The position numbers and the translations under genes were made by a program. A DNA stretch of 46,799 bases from the NCBI GenBank assembly GCA_964384355.1, contig CAYLLC010000004.1, forward strand, positions 3,724 through 50,522, in the 5' to 3' direction. Source of the stretch: an uncultured Sulfurospirillum sp. (GTDB lineage: Bacteria; Campylobacterota; Campylobacteria; Campylobacterales; QNZT01). The notes under the pieces are model-generated. The model searched no databases. It had not been told where the DNA came from and was given only the letters and a program-made list of their open reading frames with translations. Shown one piece after another: positions 44,631 to 46,799 of the stretch; the stretch's first letter is position 1; the number at the start of each line of letters is the position of its first letter.

Positions 44631-46127
44631 ATGGCATACGAGAAACCGGAGTTTTGGGAGAAGTACGACAACTTTATCGGAGGGGAGTGGGTCCCTCCCG
44701 TGGATGGGAAATATTTCGAGGATATCTCACCCGTGGACAACAGCGTGATCGCCAAAGTGGCGCAGTCGAATCGCAAGGATGTCGATCTGGCGGTAGCGGC
44801 CGGATGGAAGGCGTTCGAGAGCTGGGGCAAGATCTCCGTCGCGGAGCGCAGCGCCGTGCTCAACAAGGTCGCCGATATCATGGAGGAGAATCTCGAAAAG
44901 CTGGCGGTGGCGGAGTCGTGGGACAACGGCAAGCCGATCCGCGAAACGATCAACGCCGATATCCCGCTGGCGATCGACCACTTCCGATACTTCGCGAGTG
45001 TGATCCGATCGGAGGCGGGCAGTGTCGCCGATCTGGATGCCGATACCGTCTCGATGGAGATCCATGAGCCGCTGGGCGTAGTGGGGCAGATCATCCCGTG
45101 GAACTTTCCGCTGCTGATGATGGCGTGGAAGATCGCACCGGCGATCGCGGCGGGCAATGCCGTCGTCCTCAAGCCGGCGGAGCAGACGCCGGTCTCGGTC
45201 ATGATCTGGATGGATATGGTCAAGGATGTGATTCCTGCGGGCGTGGTCAATATCGTCAACGGATACGGACCCGAAGCGGGAAAGCCGCTCGCCACCCATC
45301 CGGACATCAAAAAGATCGGGTTTACGGGTGAGACGACGACCGGTCGCCTCATCATGCAGTACGCTTCGGAAAATATCATCCCCGTCACGCTGGAGCTGGG
45401 TGGTAAATCTCCCAACATCTTCTTCGAGAGCGTGATGGACGAGGATGACGCATTTCTGGACAAGGCGATCGAAGGGCTGGTGCTCTTCGCGTTCAATCAG
45501 GGTGAAGTCTGCACATGCCCGTCGCGTGCGCTGATTCAGGAGAGTATCTACGATGCGTTCATGAAGCGATGTCTGGAGCGCATCGAAAAGATCAAGATGG
45601 GCAATCCGCTCGAAGCCGATACGATGATGGGTGCACAGGCTTCCAAAGATCAGTACGAGAAGATCCTGCACTATATCGACATCGGCAAACAGGAGGGCGC
45701 CGAGCTGCTGACCGGCGGCGAGAAGTACGACAACCCCGCGCAGCCCGAGGGATTCTACATCAAGCCGACGGTATTCAAAGGCCACAACAAGATGCGTATC
45801 TTTCAGGAGGAGATCTTCGGCCCGGTGCTGAGTGTGACGACATTCAAAGATGAGGATGAAGCGCTCGAGATCGCCAACGATACCCTCTACGGACTGGGTG
45901 CGGGCGTCTGGTCGCGGGATGTGCATCAGGTGCACAAGATGTCCAGAGGGATTCAGGCGGGGCGCGTCTGGGTCAACTGCTACCACCTCTACCCCTCGCA
46001 TGCCTCCTTCGGCGGATACAAAAAGTCGGGTATCGGCCGCGAAACCCACATGATGATGCTCAACAACTATCGCCATACCAAAAACGTGCTGCAGTCGTTC
46101 GACAAAAATGCACTGGGATTCTTCTGA
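44631..46127 (+). CDS. aldB: NAD-dependent aldehyde dehydrogenase (AldB/ExaC/AcoD type)
   Basis: [45 protein letters not shown]. Confidence 0.9.
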   Translation: MAYEKPEFWEKYDNFIGGEWVPPVDGKYFEDISPVDNSVIAKVAQSNRKDVDLAVAAGWKAFESWGKISVAERSAVLNKVADIMEENLEKLAVAESWDNGKPIRETINADIPLAIDHFRYFASVIRSEAGSVADLDADTVSMEIHEPLGVVGQIIPWNFPLLMMAWKIAPAIAAGNAVVLKPAEQTPVSVMIWMDMVKDVIPAGVVNIVNGYGPEAGKPLATHPDIKKIGFTGETTTGRLIMQYASENIIPVTLELGGKSPNIFFESVMDEDDAFLDKAIEGLVLFAFNQGEVCTCPSRALIQESIYDAFMKRCLERIEKIKMGNPLEADTMMGAQASKDQYEKILHYIDIGKQEGAELLTGGEKYDNPAQPEGFYIKPTVFKGHNKMRIFQEEIFGPVLSVTTFKDEDEALEIANDTLYGLGAGVWSRDVHQVHKMSRGIQAGRVWVNCYHLYPSHASFGGYKKSGIGRETHMMMLNNYRHTKNVLQSFDKNALGFF

Positions 46128-46501
46128 TGGCTTACAGCAGAGTGAGTGTCACCGAGAAGGCCAAAGCGGTGATCGACCGGTTGCGCGAAGAACATGGGGA
46201 GCTGATATTTCACCAGAGCGGCGGATGCTGCGACGGATCGGCCCCGATGTGCTTCGCCAAAGGCGACATGCTGCTGGGAAGCCGGGACATCAAGATAGGG
46301 GAGATCCACGGATGCCCCTACTATATGTCCGAAGACCAGTTCGAATATGCCAAGCATACGCATACGACGATCGATGTGACGGAGGGGAGGGGATCGAGCT
46401 TCTCTCTGGAGATACCGCTTGGCTTGCGCTTCATCGCGATCTCGAGACTCTTCACGGCAGACGAAGAAGCGGATCTCGAACCGATCGAGTACAATGAGTA
46501 G
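46127..46501 (+). CDS. DUF779 family protein (usual aldB partner)
   Basis: FHQSGGCCDGSAPMC, GRGSSFSLE. Confidence 0.88.
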   Translation: MAYSRVSVTEKAKAVIDRLREEHGELIFHQSGGCCDGSAPMCFAKGDMLLGSRDIKIGEIHGCPYYMSEDQFEYAKHTHTTIDVTEGRGSSFSLEIPLGLRFIAISRLFTADEEADLEPIEYNE

Positions 46502-46525
46502 AATAGGTTGTAGGGAAAATAGTCG

Positions 46526-46626
46526 TAAAAAATGAGAGGGTACCCTAAAGGAGGCGAAAAGGTACCCTCTCTCAAGACTGTGATGAATGACTTTCTTGGC
46601 TGTCTGTCACTACTAATTTTCGTGAC
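46526..46626 (-). ncRNA. candidate small regulatory RNA (~100 nt) with anti-SD terminator loop
   Basis: promoter at 46633-46641; 5' GTCAC/GTGAC hairpin; 11-bp terminator stem plus U6; loop contains CGCCUCCUUU. Confidence 0.65.
46527..46571 (-). terminator. intrinsic terminator (minus strand)
   Basis: GAGAGGGTACC (46534-46544) / GGTACCCTCTC (46561-46571), preceded on the plus strand by A6 (46527-46532). Confidence 0.8.
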
Positions 46627-46632
46627 AAGAGA

Positions 46633-46641
46633 AGTATAACA
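46633..46641 (-). promoter_or_regulatory. extended -10 promoter TGtTATACT driving the sRNA candidate
   Basis: reverse complement of AGTATAACA; AT-rich upstream region 46650-46700. Confidence 0.65.
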
Positions 46642-46704
46642 AAATAGGAGTAAAATTATCCTTTTAATTTTTTACTAATTTATTTAGTAAAGTTTTTGTT
46701 AAAA

Positions 46705-46799
46705 TTATCCCTTCTGCTTCTGTGAAAGCTGCTGAATCATCGCTTTCAGCTCTGCGATATCCTCTTTGGTGGCGAGGCCCATTTCGTCGATCACTTCTC
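46705..46799 (-). CDS. 3' end of a partial gene (phasin-like coiled-coil tail)
   Basis: manual translation ..EVIDEMGLATKEDIAELKAMIQQLSQKQKG*. Confidence 0.5.
   Translation of the reverse strand, partial: EVIDEMGLATKEDIAELKAMIQQLSQKQKG

Noticed and set aside
46321-46575. 84-aa minus-strand ORF starting in the sRNA terminator
   Set aside because: TTG start without SD, runs through a terminator, and is antisense to DUF779.

Overview
Chromosomal window of a GC-rich, flagellated Campylobacterota (epsilonproteobacterium). The assignment rests on Campylobacter-like gene orders (fdxA-ndk-yceD-rpmF-plsX-fabH; suhB-accD-rlmH-dksA-membrane protein-dusB; flgA-ubiX-coaD-tmk-hisS-speA-cysE) and on TGnTATAAT promoters in AT-rich spacers. 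It holds about 50 mostly housekeeping genes; I saw no mobile element, CRISPR array, rRNA or tRNA. Best candidates for new biology: (1) At the right end, a cytoplasmic FIST/NosP-domain histidine kinase and an OmpR-type regulator are divergent from aldB-DUF779. A Pho-box-like tandem repeat lies at the aldB promoter. An unannotated ~100-nt minus-strand sRNA candidate (46526-46626) follows the operon, and its terminator loop is complementary to the aldB ribosome-binding site (12/13 nt) and to the pgi RBS (11/11 nt). (2) A beta-barrel OMP with a Gly-Ala-Asp mature N-terminus and a Pro-rich spacer sits directly upstream of an L,D-transpeptidase, which suggests covalent outer membrane-peptidoglycan tethering. 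(3) An exported YyaL/DUF255 protein has a CHWCH motif that matches the CxxCH heme-c motif. All product calls come from motif recognition by eye, without database searches.
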